Source of the DNA: Nostoc sp.
GTDB taxonomy: Bacteria; Cyanobacteriota; Cyanobacteriia; Cyanobacteriales; Nostocaceae
Reading direction: 5' to 3'
Assembly: GCA_036918135.1 (NCBI GenBank)
Contig: JBALDB010000051.1
Coordinates: forward strand, 96,001 to 160,000
Length of the DNA stretch: 64,000 nucleotides
Positions 1-11,415 of this stretch are shown in pieces. The notes beneath the pieces are model-generated. The model saw nothing but the letters and a program-made list of their open reading frames with translations, made no database searches and had not been told where the DNA came from. Positions within the stretch are counted from its first letter, which is position 1, and each line of letters opens with the position of its first letter. Made by a program: the position numbers and the translations under genes.

Positions 1-436
1 TGACGATCCCCAAAAAACGGCAGCACTGGTGCAGAAAGTGAAAAAATTGGCTAGCGATCGCTACGGTCGTCAGATTAAAGTGGCGATGAGTGCGTTTGCG
101 ATCATTGATGAAAATACCACTCAAGCACAAGCTAGATTAGAAGCGATTTATCGTTCTGCTGACCGACAGCAGATTGAGTATTTTCAACAACAAATCGATC
201 CTAACGTAGTTGCCCACAACAAACTAGATATTAGTCAAACTATTGAAGCCAATCTCGGTTTATCTGCTCAACTGGTTGGCGATCGTCATACTATAATTCA
301 ACGTTTAAAAGAATATGAAGCCGTTGGCGTTGACTTAATAGTACTTAAATTTGAATCTATGTTAGAAGACACTATTCGCTTCCATAAATTAGTCATTTCT
401 GAATATAGACAGCAGAATAGCTTAATTCCGTTGTAA
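1..436 (+). CDS. LLM-class (luciferase-like) flavin-dependent monooxygenase, 3' part (5' end outside window)
   Basis: C-terminal LVGDRHTIIQRLKEYEAVGVDLIVLKF...RFHKLVI matches the SsuD/LLM C-terminal motif; the frame is open from the window edge. Confidence 0.75.
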   Translation, partial: DDPQKTAALVQKVKKLASDRYGRQIKVAMSAFAIIDENTTQAQARLEAIYRSADRQQIEYFQQQIDPNVVAHNKLDISQTIEANLGLSAQLVGDRHTIIQRLKEYEAVGVDLIVLKFESMLEDTIRFHKLVISEYRQQNSLIPL

Positions 437-459
437 TTCAAAATCTTGCTTGATTTAGT

Positions 460-2547
460 ATGAATAAGATTAAACTCGAAGATATTACCCTAAATCACAT
501 CAAGATTTTAAAAGCAGTAGATGACTGTGGCAGCTTCTCTAAAGCAGCACAAAAACTAGGGTATAGTCAAGGACTAATTAGCAAAAAAGTAAAGCAAACA
601 GAGGATTATTTCGGAGTAACTCTCCTCAATCGCTCTCCTGGCTCTATATGCTTGACTAATAAAGGTAAAAAATTAATTTCCCAAACACTTAATGTAGTAG
701 AAACTGTAGAAAATCTGCGAGAAGAATTTCAGGTAACATTTAGCACTGAGGGCGAAGAATTAATATTAGGAGCTACTAATTTAATTTTAGAAGTCTGGCT
801 TCAACAATATTTGCAGCGATTTCAGCTTTGTTTTCCAGGCAGAAATATCAAAGAAATTGCGGTTCAAAATAGCGGATTTTTTTCAAATTCTCAATTTAGA
901 GGAATGGAGCTATTGCTCAACAGTTGCTCTGGATATAAGGAAGAACACCATTGTACTAGATTAACAACTCATAAAATGCTGTTAGTCTTATTTGGGACAA
1001 ATAAATATTTTAATGAGCAAAGCTCGATTAAAATAAATGATATTTATCTGACTGATATTGTACTTTTAGATGAAGTTCATCAAGAACTATCTAAAAATGC
1101 TTTTCTGATGAATAAATTAAGTAGTGTACAAGTACTACATAGTTATCAGGATGTACTCAAATATGCTTCAGAAAATCAAAAACTAACAATTTTACCTGAC
1201 TTTTGTCAAGCTGATATTATATCTCAATACCAAGTACTAACTCTTCCTATACAAGATGTTAATGAATATGGTATTTATATTCATGTTCCTCGCTTTAGTG
1301 AATTGTTAGTGTCCGCAGAAAGTTTGGTGAGAAGTTTTAGACTTAATCGAGATAATTTGGAAAGTTTACCTAATATAAATCTAATTTTAAGTAGCTGTTC
1401 TTCTTTAGAAGAAAATGTTCTTAGAGTAGGTATTCAAAGTGATTCTATCGGTCAGTTGGTTGCAGGGTACGGAGCCAAGTATGTTTATGATTTACAAAAA
1501 GCATCTTCATCACTTGAACAGCCTATTTTCAAAAATATTGAAATTAACCGAGATTTCGAGTTCCAAATTTTACCATTTACCTCTGGGGAACAAATGAATC
1601 GACAGATGAAACGCGGAGAACTAGATATTTGTATTTTAGATGACATTTCTCTCTTAAATAATGGTAGCCAGTTCTTTGATGATTTCAGTTTTGGTTCTAA
1701 ATTAATTGGGATTGCTTCATATAATCTTTTGGGCCAGGATATTAACATTGTTCTTCATAAAGATTCTACGATAAACACTGTCCAAGATCTGAAAGGAAAA
1801 CGGATATCTACTATATTTGGTTCCAATGCTCATAGGTTTATTATTACTCTTTTTGACCTCTATCAAATGGATGTTAGTAAAGATTGCAGATTAGTTGATG
1901 AAAAGCCTCAAGAAGCTAGCAGAAGTATGGCAAACAAAACTATAGATGCCTACGTGTGTTGTCACACTTTTTCATCAATTTTAGAAAAATATCCTTTTAT
2001 CAAAAAGTTTTCTTTATTTCATACAGTTAGTTTAAAAATTCCATCAATAAGGGGAATTGTTTGCAGTTCGCATTTCCTTAAAGAAAACCCTAAAATGGTT
2101 ATTGCTTATTTACATGATTTGCTAGTTGCTAACTATTGGTTTAATTCATCTCCAATTAAGGCGACCAATTTATTGGCTAAAGTAATTGAGGTGACAACAA
2201 TTCAAATAAATCAGTTTTATAATCCTAGTTCTGGTAACCGCATAGATCCAACACTCAAGCCTCAATGGTCTTGGTTACTTAAAACTTTAAATCGCAGATT
2301 AGAAGGAAAATATGGCATTTCATTATTTGATGTAGATTTCTGGATTGATGATTATTTCTTGAGGCTTGTCTATAATCTGCTCAATCTAGATTATCATTTT
2401 CATCAAGTTTCTTTTTCAAGTGAATTCTCAAGTAGCTATTTTGTAGAGGAACAATTCAGCCGATATATGAAAGTTCTCTATGATAGTTATAATTTTCCGC
2501 AGCAAGATGAAGATATAGCCGTAGTCACACCCTTTAGGACATTTTGA
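460..2547 (+). CDS. LysR-type regulator fused to a C-terminal SsuA/TauA-like (PBP2) solute-binding domain
   Basis: N-terminal LysR HTH (GSFSKAAQKLGYSQGLISKKVKQTEDYFGVTLLNRS); after ~aa 320, FTSGEQMN...LDICILDD...DSTINTVQDLKGKRISTIFGSNAH and FWIDDYFLR resemble sulfonate ABC substrate-binding proteins. Confidence 0.8.
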   Translation: MNKIKLEDITLNHIKILKAVDDCGSFSKAAQKLGYSQGLISKKVKQTEDYFGVTLLNRSPGSICLTNKGKKLISQTLNVVETVENLREEFQVTFSTEGEELILGATNLILEVWLQQYLQRFQLCFPGRNIKEIAVQNSGFFSNSQFRGMELLLNSCSGYKEEHHCTRLTTHKMLLVLFGTNKYFNEQSSIKINDIYLTDIVLLDEVHQELSKNAFLMNKLSSVQVLHSYQDVLKYASENQKLTILPDFCQADIISQYQVLTLPIQDVNEYGIYIHVPRFSELLVSAESLVRSFRLNRDNLESLPNINLILSSCSSLEENVLRVGIQSDSIGQLVAGYGAKYVYDLQKASSSLEQPIFKNIEINRDFEFQILPFTSGEQMNRQMKRGELDICILDDISLLNNGSQFFDDFSFGSKLIGIASYNLLGQDINIVLHKDSTINTVQDLKGKRISTIFGSNAHRFIITLFDLYQMDVSKDCRLVDEKPQEASRSMANKTIDAYVCCHTFSSILEKYPFIKKFSLFHTVSLKIPSIRGIVCSSHFLKENPKMVIAYLHDLLVANYWFNSSPIKATNLLAKVIEVTTIQINQFYNPSSGNRIDPTLKPQWSWLLKTLNRRLEGKYGISLFDVDFWIDDYFLRLVYNLLNLDYHFHQVSFSSEFSSSYFVEEQFSRYMKVLYDSYNFPQQDEDIAVVTPFRTF

Positions 2548-2728
2548 AAAGATGAATGCTAGGAATAGTAGCTGAGGAAGCTGTGGTATGGATGCAGACT
2601 CACGTCTTCTCCCTACTAACTGATTCAAACGGGTGCGTGATATGGCGATTGTCACAGCAGCGATCGCCATTTAAGCCAAAACCCAAAACATCAGAACTAC
2701 GCATAGCATCGGCTAGTTTATACTGTGA

Positions 2729-3331
2729 TTACTGATTTTGCTGACGATTAATATCTTGCAGGTCAAGAGCATAATTTAATCGTAGGACATTGACACCAGG
2801 CTCACCAAAAATCCATAAAAATCTTTCGTCAGTATACTTATTAATTAGACGTAAAATTTCATCTTCTTTGACTCCACGGGCACGAGCGACTCGCTCCAAT
2901 TGCTGACGTGCTGCTCTTATAGAAATATGCGGATCTAACCCAGAACCAGAGGTGTAAATAATATCAGCGATTGGTTGAAGATTTTCATCTCGCAATTCAT
3001 TTGCCTGCTCTATAATCCGCTTGAGAAGCTCTGGATTGCTAGGAGCGAGATTGCTGGCTCCAGATATACCAGTTGGTCTTGCTTTTTTACCTTGGCTATA
3101 TCTAACAGTACTGGGACGAGGATAGAAATATCGCTCAGATGTGAAGATTTGACCAATCAAAGCTGAACCAATTGGTTCATTATTTAAGTTTCGCATGATA
3201 CTGCCGTTAGCTTGGTAGGGCAAAAAAACTTGACCCACTACAAGGATTATCAGAGGATAGACGATCGCAGTTAACAGCCAAAGCATTAGAGTAATGAAAA
3301 TTGCTCTGATTGTTTCTCGAATAATAGCCAT
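2729..3331 (-). CDS. kdpC: K+-transporting ATPase subunit C
   Basis: GSALIGQ, SGASNLAPSNP, YTSGSGLDPHIS, GEPGVNVLRLN motifs; follows kdpAB. Confidence 0.97.
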   Translation of the reverse strand: MAIIRETIRAIFITLMLWLLTAIVYPLIILVVGQVFLPYQANGSIMRNLNNEPIGSALIGQIFTSERYFYPRPSTVRYSQGKKARPTGISGASNLAPSNPELLKRIIEQANELRDENLQPIADIIYTSGSGLDPHISIRAARQQLERVARARGVKEDEILRLINKYTDERFLWIFGEPGVNVLRLNYALDLQDINRQQNQ

Positions 3332-3371
3332 AATAAATTTTCCACCTACTCCTAAAACTAATTTTTAATTT

Positions 3372-3520
3372 TTAATTTTTAACTATTTTCCAAGATAGGT
3401 TGCTGTCAACAGTATAAATATTCGGGACAACTACCACATTCAACCACAACAGGCTAAAAATAGCGAGTGGTAAATGTTGTTTATAGGATTACTACCAAAC
3501 AAAGGATATCCTGCAAGCAT
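3372..3520 (-). pseudogene. Degenerate remnant of the small cyanobacterial kdpF/kdpG-type gene between kdpB and kdpC
   Basis: Minus-strand translation ISFVW**SYKQHLPLAIFSLLWLNVVVVPNIYTVDSNLSWKIVKN* resembles the N-terminal half (KQKLPLAIFxxLCLNLVxAPxVYAA, from memory) of Nostocales KdpF/G, with two in-frame stops and no C-terminal YLF..PERF helix. Confidence 0.55.
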
Positions 3521-3818
3521 TTCTTTTGCATAAGTTATCTAACTACGATCTCAAAGTTCTGAGAGGGTATTATTCATCTTGTTTTCTACGAGATACCCCA
3601 ACCTCAGCCTTCGTACAACTTCACGAAGTGGAGCAGGTTTAATCTAATGACTCGATGCCATTAGATTAAACAACTTCCAAGTTGATAACACGATTAAACC
3701 TATGTTTAGCTGTATCAAGAGTTATTGACATTTTTTTCCCCTCTCAACAGGTAAAAATGTCTATTATCTTACCTTGGTAACAGGCGTTTGTCTTGTAGCA
3801 TGTGTATTTTTAGTGTTA

Positions 3819-5924
3819 TTAAGCTAAGCCTACAACTGTAATCAGCATATCTATCAACTTAATGACGATAAACGGCGCAATCAACCCACCTAACCCATAA
3901 ATTAAGATATTACGTTGCAATAGCTGATTAGCCGTCAAGGGTCTAAACTGCACGCCTTTCAATGCCAAAGGAATCAAAGCTGGAATAATCAAAGCGTTGT
4001 AAATCAGTGCTGATAATACAGCAGAATTAGCGCTAGTCAAATTCATAATATTCAGGCTCTGCAGGTTAGCAGCAGCAAACACTGCTGGAATAATCGCAAA
4101 GTATTTAGCAATATCATTAGCGATGGAAAACGTAGTCAATGCACCGCGAGTAATCAGCAATTGTTTGCCAATGCTAACAATATCAATTAATTTTGTGGGA
4201 TCTGAGTCCAAATCCACCATGTTGGCGGCTTCTTTTGCGGCTTGGGTTCCTGTATTCATGGCGACGCCGACGTTAGCTTGGGCTAATGCTGGAGCATCGT
4301 TAGTTCCGTCCCCCGTCATCGCAACTAGTTTGCCTGCTGCTTGTTCTTTTTGAATCACACTGATTTTGTCTTCTGGTGTGGCTTCGGCGATGAAGTCATC
4401 CACTCCGGCTTCTCTAGCAATCACGGAAGCAGTAATCCGGTTATCTCCTGTTAGCATCACAGTACGCACTCCCATACGTCGCAGTGCAAGAAAGCGATCG
4501 CGGATACCAGGTTTGACAATATCTTTGAGATAAATGATCCCGTAGATTTCGTTATCGAGGCTAACTGCTAAGGGTGTACCTCCCAGCTGAGAAACTCGTT
4601 CATAAGCTGCATCCAGTTCTGGAGTATCTTCTCCGTTGCGAGAACGGACAAATCCTTTAATGGCTCCGACTGCTCCCTTCCTGGCCTCGTGTCCACCAGC
4701 TAAGTTCGTACCGCTCATGCGTGTTCTGGCAGAAAAATCCACCCCTTGTGCCTGACTGGAGTCAAAATCAAAGCGTGCGCCTAACTTTTCTGCCAGCCGG
4801 AGAATCGATTTACCTTCTGGTGTATCATCAAAAACACTAGCCGCCCAAGCAACACTAGCAATTTCCAGCATAGTATGACCGTTGATTGGGATAAATTCTT
4901 CCGCCAACCGATTACCAAGGGTAATTGTACCTGTTTTATCGAGAACTAGAGTGTTAACATCGCCAGAGGCTTCTACGGCTCGTCCTGAGGTAGCAATAAC
5001 GTTAAATTGGGCAACTCGATCCATACCAGCAATACCAATAGTACTCAGTAACCCGCCAATGGTGGTAGGAATCAATGCTACTAGTAGGGCAATCAAAATT
5101 GGGATGCTAACTGGATTATCGACATAATAGGCAAGTGCGGGCAAAGTCGCCACGACAAACAAAAAGATTAAGCTGAGAACTGCCAGCAACACCGTCAAGG
5201 CAATTTCATTGGGTGTTTTGCTGCGTTGTGCCCCTTCCACCAAGGCAATCATCCTGTCGATAAAACCTTTACCTGGGTCAGATGTGATGCGGATAATTAA
5301 TTCGTCTGAGATAATCCGCGTCCCACCAGTGACGGAACTGGCTACATCGGAGCCTGATTCTTTTAATACTGGTGCAGATTCTCCAGTAATTGCCGATTCA
5401 TCCACCGAGGCGACACCCATGATTACCTCGCCATCAGCAGGTATAATATCCCCAGCAACTACGTAGATGTTATCACCTTGTTTGAGGGCGGTAGATGAAA
5501 CTTCATTAATTGTGCCATCGCTAGCGAGTTTTTTGGCGATCGTCTCTGATTTTGTAGACCGCAAAGCATCGGCTTGAGCTTTTCCCCGTCCTTCAGCTAC
5601 GGCTTCAGCAAAATTAGCAAACCAAACTGTGAAGAATAAAATCGCTGATAACAAACCGTTAAACAGTTGTGGTTTCTTTTGAGTGACTGGGCCAAATAAG
5701 TTGGGATCGATGGTTACCAATAGAGTAACAATTGTCCCCACCCAAACCAAAAACATCACCGGATTTTTGATTGCATACTTAGGGTTGAGCTTGACAAAAG
5801 CATCTCTCGCTGCCCTGAAGTACAACAACTTAGTATTTACCCTCACTTTTTTACGTGCTTGGCGGCGATCGCCAGGACGAGAACTCGCACGTCTAGCTTT
5901 GGAGGTAGGTGCCCCTTTATTCAT
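3819..5924 (-). CDS. kdpB: K+-transporting P-type ATPase subunit B
   Basis: DKTGTIT phosphorylation motif, [16 protein letters not shown]. Confidence 0.98.
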   Translation of the reverse strand: MNKGAPTSKARRASSRPGDRRQARKKVRVNTKLLYFRAARDAFVKLNPKYAIKNPVMFLVWVGTIVTLLVTIDPNLFGPVTQKKPQLFNGLLSAILFFTVWFANFAEAVAEGRGKAQADALRSTKSETIAKKLASDGTINEVSSTALKQGDNIYVVAGDIIPADGEVIMGVASVDESAITGESAPVLKESGSDVASSVTGGTRIISDELIIRITSDPGKGFIDRMIALVEGAQRSKTPNEIALTVLLAVLSLIFLFVVATLPALAYYVDNPVSIPILIALLVALIPTTIGGLLSTIGIAGMDRVAQFNVIATSGRAVEASGDVNTLVLDKTGTITLGNRLAEEFIPINGHTMLEIASVAWAASVFDDTPEGKSILRLAEKLGARFDFDSSQAQGVDFSARTRMSGTNLAGGHEARKGAVGAIKGFVRSRNGEDTPELDAAYERVSQLGGTPLAVSLDNEIYGIIYLKDIVKPGIRDRFLALRRMGVRTVMLTGDNRITASVIAREAGVDDFIAEATPEDKISVIQKEQAAGKLVAMTGDGTNDAPALAQANVGVAMNTGTQAAKEAANMVDLDSDPTKLIDIVSIGKQLLITRGALTTFSIANDIAKYFAIIPAVFAAANLQSLNIMNLTSANSAVLSALIYNALIIPALIPLALKGVQFRPLTANQLLQRNILIYGLGGLIAPFIVIKLIDMLITVVGLA

Positions 5925-6026
5925 AAAGTCAAGTTAGGAGTTAGAAATTAAAAATTAAAAGTTAGAAGATGATTGATAATTGATAACTGTTGACTGTTAA
6001 CCATCAACCGTCAACAGATAACTTTT

Positions 6027-7712
6027 CTATCTGCCAGCGGCTAGTTGCAAACCCTCGGCTATAGGGCCTAAAGCGAGAACGGGAAAGAAAGTCAACACTC
6101 CTAAAATTAGTGTTACTCCAGCAGCGATCCCAGTGAATATCAAAGAATCAGTTCTCAAAGTACCAGGGGTTTCGGGAACTGCTTGTTTGCGAGACATGCC
6201 GTCAGCTAACAGTAGGATGGCAAACATCGGAATGTAGCGTCCTGCTATCAAGCTAACTAAAGTACTCAAGTTCCACCATAAGGTGTTATCTTTCAATCCT
6301 TCTAAGCCAGAACCATTATTTGCCCCGGCTGAGGCATATTCATAGACTACTTGGGAAATGCCGTGATAGCTAGGATTGCTAATTCCAGCTAGGGAAATTG
6401 GATAAGCTAAGGCGATCGCGCTGGGAATTAAAACTACAATTGGGTGAACTAACAATACTACGCTGGCAAGGACGATTTCTCGTTTTTCAATTTTGCGTCC
6501 TAAGAACTCTGGGGTACGTCCCACCATTAGCCCAGTCAGAAAAACGGTGAGAATCAAGTAAATGAATAAGTAAGCTGTGCCAGTTCCTTCACCGCCCCAG
6601 ATAATTTGGATAAACATATTGAACAAAGTCGAAAATATTCCTTGTGACATTAAGGAATCGTGCATCCCGTTGACAGCACCACACATGGTAGCGGTGGTCG
6701 TAACTGCCCAAAATGCCGTTTCTGCCCAACCAAATCGGACTTCTTTACCCTCTAAATTCGCTTGTTCTAATCCAAAGGATCTGTTAACTACGGGATTACC
6801 TTGTAGTTCTCCCACGGCTGTGACTCCAACCAGAACTACAAAAATTACAAACACCATCCAGAAAAGCAACCACGCTTGTTTGATGTTGTTGGCAAACACA
6901 CCATAAGTGTAAATTAAGGCTGCTGGGATGGAAATCATGGCGATCGTTTCGATTAAATTAGAAGCGCCATTGGGATTTTCAAAGGGATGGGCAGAATTAG
7001 CACCAAAAAAGCCGCCACCATTCTCACCCAACATTTTGATTGCCTCAAAGGATGCTACCGGGCCTCTGGCAATATACTGGGTTGCTCCCTCCAAGGTTGT
7101 CACATCCATAGTCCCAGCTAACGTTTGCGGTACACCTACTACAATTAAGGCGATCGCACTAATAATTGAAATTGGCAGCAATATGCGCGCGATCGCACGT
7201 GTAAGATCGACGTAAAAATTACCTAGTCGTCTACCCGTTAACCCGCGAATAAAAGCAATTCCCACTGCTAAGCCGGTGGCTGCGGAGGTAAACATCAAAA
7301 AGCCTAAAGCCGCTACCTGACTAAAATAACTTAAAGTTGTTTCACCAGCATAGTGTTGCTGATCGGTATTCGTTAAAAATGAAATTGTTGTGTGCAACAA
7401 TACATCCCAACTAATCGCACCTAAGCCGTTAGGATTCCAGGGTAAGAATCTTTGAAAATATAACAGTAAATATACTGTAACTCCCATAATTAAATTAGTG
7501 AAGACTACAGCCCGGATATATTGCCAGCCCGTCATATCATCTTTTTTACGGACACCCGCTAGTACGTATATACTTCGCTCTATCGGGTTGATTAAGAAAT
7601 CAAGCGGTGTTCTTTCTCCCATGAAGACACGCGCCATGTATCTTCCAAATACCGGAGTGATTGCTACAACGATACACAGCGTTAAGCCGATTTGTAAAAA
7701 ACCTTGTCCCAT
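6027..7712 (-). CDS. kdpA: K+-transporting ATPase subunit A
   Basis: [39 protein letters not shown] selectivity motifs. Confidence 0.98.
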   Translation of the reverse strand: MGQGFLQIGLTLCIVVAITPVFGRYMARVFMGERTPLDFLINPIERSIYVLAGVRKKDDMTGWQYIRAVVFTNLIMGVTVYLLLYFQRFLPWNPNGLGAISWDVLLHTTISFLTNTDQQHYAGETTLSYFSQVAALGFLMFTSAATGLAVGIAFIRGLTGRRLGNFYVDLTRAIARILLPISIISAIALIVVGVPQTLAGTMDVTTLEGATQYIARGPVASFEAIKMLGENGGGFFGANSAHPFENPNGASNLIETIAMISIPAALIYTYGVFANNIKQAWLLFWMVFVIFVVLVGVTAVGELQGNPVVNRSFGLEQANLEGKEVRFGWAETAFWAVTTTATMCGAVNGMHDSLMSQGIFSTLFNMFIQIIWGGEGTGTAYLFIYLILTVFLTGLMVGRTPEFLGRKIEKREIVLASVVLLVHPIVVLIPSAIALAYPISLAGISNPSYHGISQVVYEYASAGANNGSGLEGLKDNTLWWNLSTLVSLIAGRYIPMFAILLLADGMSRKQAVPETPGTLRTDSLIFTGIAAGVTLILGVLTFFPVLALGPIAEGLQLAAGR

Positions 7713-7810
7713 TTTGCGCTCTATATAAACTTAAGTGCTAGCAAGCCAATTCTTAAAAATAACAGATTAACTGTTGGTATATTTCATTTCTCGTGACTTG
7801 GCAATATCTC

Positions 7811-8006
7811 ATACCATTTTGAATCAAAAAATTTTAGATTTTCAATAGCTTTGCCATTTTTTGGCAGTTGGGTTAAGCCAACGAGACTAAACCCAGCAAT
7901 CGAGGCATTTTTTGATTTAGCGAAGATATTGATTTTAGAATGTCAAACATTTACTGAATCAGATTTTCAGCTTTCTCTATCTCGCAATCATTTTTTAAAT
8001 TGGTAT
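7811..8006. mobile_element. MITE-like element with ATACCA...TGGTAT ends
   Basis: Imperfect inverted ends ataccattttgaatcaaaaa / ttttttaaattggtat; a related element lies at 13484-13572. Confidence 0.45.
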
Positions 8007-8293
8007 CATATCATTTAAATGGTTCTCAGTAATGAACCCCCAAAATTTACATGCCTTGGGTAACCTAGCCTTTGCGCGTCTACGAGGTAGACCGCCGTAA
8101 GTCACTTCTTACTGAGTTAAGATATTGCACTTTCTTTACTGATTAGGCAATTACTATTTTCCAAATGCCCGTTCAAGTTTATGTTAAGAATATATTTACT
8201 ACTGTAACAAAGTAAGTTTTTCAAATCACATCTGACCGCTATAACTCATTGTTATATTGAAATTAGCACGATGATTTTTTGAGGTTAATAAAA

Positions 8294-8815
8294 ATGACAC
8301 AAGAATTAATAGACCTCAGAAATTGTATTTTAGAAGGACGTTACGCAGATGCTTTAGCAATTGTTGATGAATTAGAAGGCATGAGTAAACAAGCTATTCT
8401 GCGTAATATTCAAGTATATTTAATAATTCTCCTGATTCATTTAATTAAAAATCAACTAGAGCAGAGATTAACCAATTCTTGGATAACTTCTATTCGGAAT
8501 TCAATTCGAGAAATTAAAAAGCTAAATATTAAAGATAATAAAACATCTTATTACATCAATTCTGATGAATGGGAGAAAATGATAGAAGAGGAAGTTATGG
8601 AAGATGCGATCGCTGATGCCAGCGAAGAAGTCATGAATGGTCAATTCACTCGCTCTCAATTGTCAGCGATACTAGATAAAAACCAGATTTTAACTACAGC
8701 CAAAAATTTTATAGCTTTAACATATACTTATTCACCAAAGGAATTACCAGCAATTATGGATAATTATCTCAGTCAGTTAGCTGGGGGAGAAAATTGGATA
8801 AATCGGCAAAAATAA
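8294..8815 (+). CDS. DUF29 family protein
   Basis: ELEGMSK...LLIHLIK...NSWITSIRNSIREI motif; ATG at 8294 preferred over TTG at 8279. Confidence 0.75.
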   Translation: MTQELIDLRNCILEGRYADALAIVDELEGMSKQAILRNIQVYLIILLIHLIKNQLEQRLTNSWITSIRNSIREIKKLNIKDNKTSYYINSDEWEKMIEEEVMEDAIADASEEVMNGQFTRSQLSAILDKNQILTTAKNFIALTYTYSPKELPAIMDNYLSQLAGGENWINRQK

Positions 8816-8940
8816 GGCGATCGCTATTTATTTGCAGAATCCATTGAATATTCCACTATGCTGATTGCTAAAGCGTAGTATTTATTTTATAGTACTGTAC
8901 GGATAACAAACAACAAAGTTTTTGCCAATTTAAGGTAGAG

Positions 8941-9777
8941 ATGATCGAAGAAATAACTCGCCGCAAATTTATCGCCACAGCCACCTTGGCGACGGGTTTT
9001 GCTTTAGCAGTGCAACCGATTTCTGCTGGAGTTATCACCACCGATAGCAAGGGATTAGTAGCTGGTGGCGTGAAAATTCCCGTTAAAGATGGCGAAATTC
9101 CTGCCTATCGAGCAGTACCCGCCACTGGTGAGAATTTCCCCATTGTTCTAGTAATCCAGGAAATTTTTGGCGTACACGAGCATATTCAGGATATCACTCG
9201 CCGCTTTGCCAAGTTGGGGTATTTGGCGATCGCTCCAGAATTATTTATCCGTCAAGGTGATGTCTCCAAGTTGAGCAGCATAGACGAAATTCGCCCAATT
9301 GTTGCCAAAGTACCAGATACCCAAGTGTTATCCGACCTTGACGCCACATTAGACTGGGCTGTGAAATCAGCCAAGGGTAATGCCAATAAATTGGCAATTA
9401 CAGGCTTCTGTTGGGGCGGTCGCATCGTCTGGCTATACACAGCACACAATCCCCAAGTAAAGGCGGGTGTGGCTTGGTACGGGCGACTCGTGGGCGATGC
9501 TACTAAACTTCAGCCCAAGTATCCCGTGGATATTGCATCAAAACTGACAGTCCCAATTCTCGGACTCTATGGTGGTCAGGATACAAGTATTCCCCTAGAT
9601 ACAGTAGAGCAAATGCGCGATCGCTTGAAGTCAAGCAGCAGTAAATCTGAGATCGTCGTTTACCCCAATGCACCCCACGCCTTTTTTGCGGATTATCGTT
9701 CGTCTTACCGCGAAAAAGAAGCTAAGGACGGTTGGCAGCGCCTTTTAGCGTGGTTTAAGAGTCACGGAATGCAATAA
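8941..9777 (+). CDS. Dienelactone hydrolase family protein with Tat-like N-terminus
   Basis: [16 protein letters not shown] nucleophile motif, [14 protein letters not shown] twin-arginine-like motif. Confidence 0.92.
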   Translation: MIEEITRRKFIATATLATGFALAVQPISAGVITTDSKGLVAGGVKIPVKDGEIPAYRAVPATGENFPIVLVIQEIFGVHEHIQDITRRFAKLGYLAIAPELFIRQGDVSKLSSIDEIRPIVAKVPDTQVLSDLDATLDWAVKSAKGNANKLAITGFCWGGRIVWLYTAHNPQVKAGVAWYGRLVGDATKLQPKYPVDIASKLTVPILGLYGGQDTSIPLDTVEQMRDRLKSSSSKSEIVVYPNAPHAFFADYRSSYREKEAKDGWQRLLAWFKSHGMQ

Positions 9778-9867
9778 ACTGTTATATTATTGGGCATTGG
9801 CTATTAGTCAAATAACTTTGGATGAAAAAATTTGAGATTTTAAATAGTCAACCAACAATTATTTGAT

Positions 9868-10197
9868 TTGAGCATGAGTCAAAGTGAGATCCGACAAAAG
9901 ATAGCTGGTTTAGTAAAAATCACATCTATAATTTTAATCCTGGGTGCCATAGGGTTAGAATTAGCAAACATTTTTGGGTTATTAAACACTAACAATACTC
10001 CCAATATTTTTACTCCAATTTTAGGGATAGCAAGATTTGCACTTATAGCTCATTTATTAGAGGGAATAATAGCAGCTATTTATGCAGGTTCAAAAAGTCA
10101 ACTGCCATTACGATATGGGATTTATACTTTTTTCGTAGGTACAATTGGCTTAGTGGAACTATTTAGGCAAGAAAGTAGATATAGGACTCCTATTTAA
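9868..10197 (+). CDS. Hypothetical membrane protein
   Basis: 109-aa ORF with three hydrophobic segments; its 3' end lies in a MITE-type terminal repeat. Confidence 0.65.
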   Translation: MSMSQSEIRQKIAGLVKITSIILILGAIGLELANIFGLLNTNNTPNIFTPILGIARFALIAHLLEGIIAAIYAGSKSQLPLRYGIYTFFVGTIGLVELFRQESRYRTPI

Positions 10198-10336
10198 TTT
10201 TTGAAGTGGGTAATTAATTGTTCGGAATAATGTAAATAAATCTAAAAATGCACTGCCTCCCTAACCTAGACAAATTTATTTTTTAGTTTAACTAAGTGGT
10301 ATTAGAATAAAAAGTCAACTTCAGGTTAAAAGCTGC

Positions 10337-10460
10337 TAAGTAAGTCAGCATAATAAAACCAAACTATGCTAAGAAAAATTAATTAAGATAAAACCCTCTT
10401 CCCTCCTGCCTTCTGCCTCCTGCCTTATCTTAATGATAAATATTCACGCCGACCTACTTA
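10337..10460. mobile_element. MITE-like element (TAAGTAGGTC...GACCTACTTA ends)
   Basis: Inverted ends taagtaagtcagca / cgccgacctactta; related copy at 23643-23735; internal CCTCCTG/CCTTCTG heptamers. Confidence 0.6.
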
Positions 10461-11299
10461 TCAATGGGTAGGGAAAAATCACGAGACCATTCATTCCAAG
10501 AACCAAAATAATTTTTGGCAGAAATTCCTGCCTCTTCTAGGGCTATTAATGTATTAGCAGCCCTTGAACCCTTAAAGCAGTAAATGTACACAATGGAATC
10601 TGAAGTAATACCTACTGATTGACAAATTTCTCGGATTTCATCTGGCGAGCGAAACGTGGGGATTTCTGATTCAGAATTCATCAGAAGATGCCATTCTAAC
10701 CAGACTGCGTTAGGGATTCTACCTTTGCGAGGACAAAAATCAGGATTGTAGGGAGAAGAACTCAGCCCAAGCCATTCTGAGCTGTCGCGGACATCTAATT
10801 TAATAATTGCTGGATTGTCAATTGCTTGCAACATCTCGGCGGTAGTCACCATCATGTCAGCATTGGGATGCAATCTAAATATGCTGCTTTCACGTTTTGG
10901 TACTTCATCGGTAGTAGGTAATCCCGCCTTCAGCCATGCTTTATATCCACCGTGTAAGATAGATACTTGAGTGCAACCCAAATACTTTAGTAAGAAAGCT
11001 GCTCGACAAGATTGACCATAACCTTTATTTAAAGCATCTTCATAAATAATCAGCTGTTCTGTACCAGATATTCCTACCCTACTCATTATTTCTGCAAAAT
11101 ACTCTTGCAATTTCTTCAATCCTGCTGGGTGGGAATTCTCTAAAAGATATGTGAAAAAATCTCTTATATTTATAGATTGAGGAATATGAGAATTAGCATA
11201 ATCTTCTGGACTTCGCGTATCTATAACGACAGTTTCTGATGATTTTTCTGCTAACAGTGAAGCGAGTTCTTGAGGAGAAATGAGGAGTTTTGTATTCAC
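10454..11299 (-). CDS. Tandem-domain rhodanese / thiosulfate sulfurtransferase
   Basis: DTRSPEDYANSHIP, LHGGYKAW, GRIPNAV, active-site YCFKGSRAA, YFGSWNEWS. Confidence 0.92.
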   Translation of the reverse strand: MNTKLLISPQELASLLAEKSSETVVIDTRSPEDYANSHIPQSINIRDFFTYLLENSHPAGLKKLQEYFAEIMSRVGISGTEQLIIYEDALNKGYGQSCRAAFLLKYLGCTQVSILHGGYKAWLKAGLPTTDEVPKRESSIFRLHPNADMMVTTAEMLQAIDNPAIIKLDVRDSSEWLGLSSSPYNPDFCPRKGRIPNAVWLEWHLLMNSESEIPTFRSPDEIREICQSVGITSDSIVYIYCFKGSRAANTLIALEEAGISAKNYFGSWNEWSRDFSLPIDK

Positions 11300-11415
11300 G
11301 CTTTCATGCTAATGTTATTTTCACATTAGGATTATCGCGCTCGGCAGATTTGCGATTTGGAATACAAATTACAAAAGCATGAATATTAAATGTTACGAGA
11401 TAACTTTTATGGATA

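Noticed and set aside
460..2650. HIP1 absence as proof of horizontal transfer
   Set aside because: Other native-looking 2-kb stretches here also lack HIP1, so it is only weak support
2428..2670. kdpD remnant or real ORF after kdpC
   Set aside because: No KdpD motif (GxAPGVGKT) and it overlaps the LysR gene on the opposite strand
4123..7728. Antisense ORFs within kdpAB (and similar shadows in kaiC, the kinase, SulP and cmpD)
   Set aside because: Opposite-strand shadows of well-supported genes
7713..8278. c-di-AMP (ydaO) riboswitch upstream of kdpA
   Set aside because: Only a TTTTGGGGG stretch matches; the GCTGAATC, GGAACC and GTCAGCTAAC elements were not found
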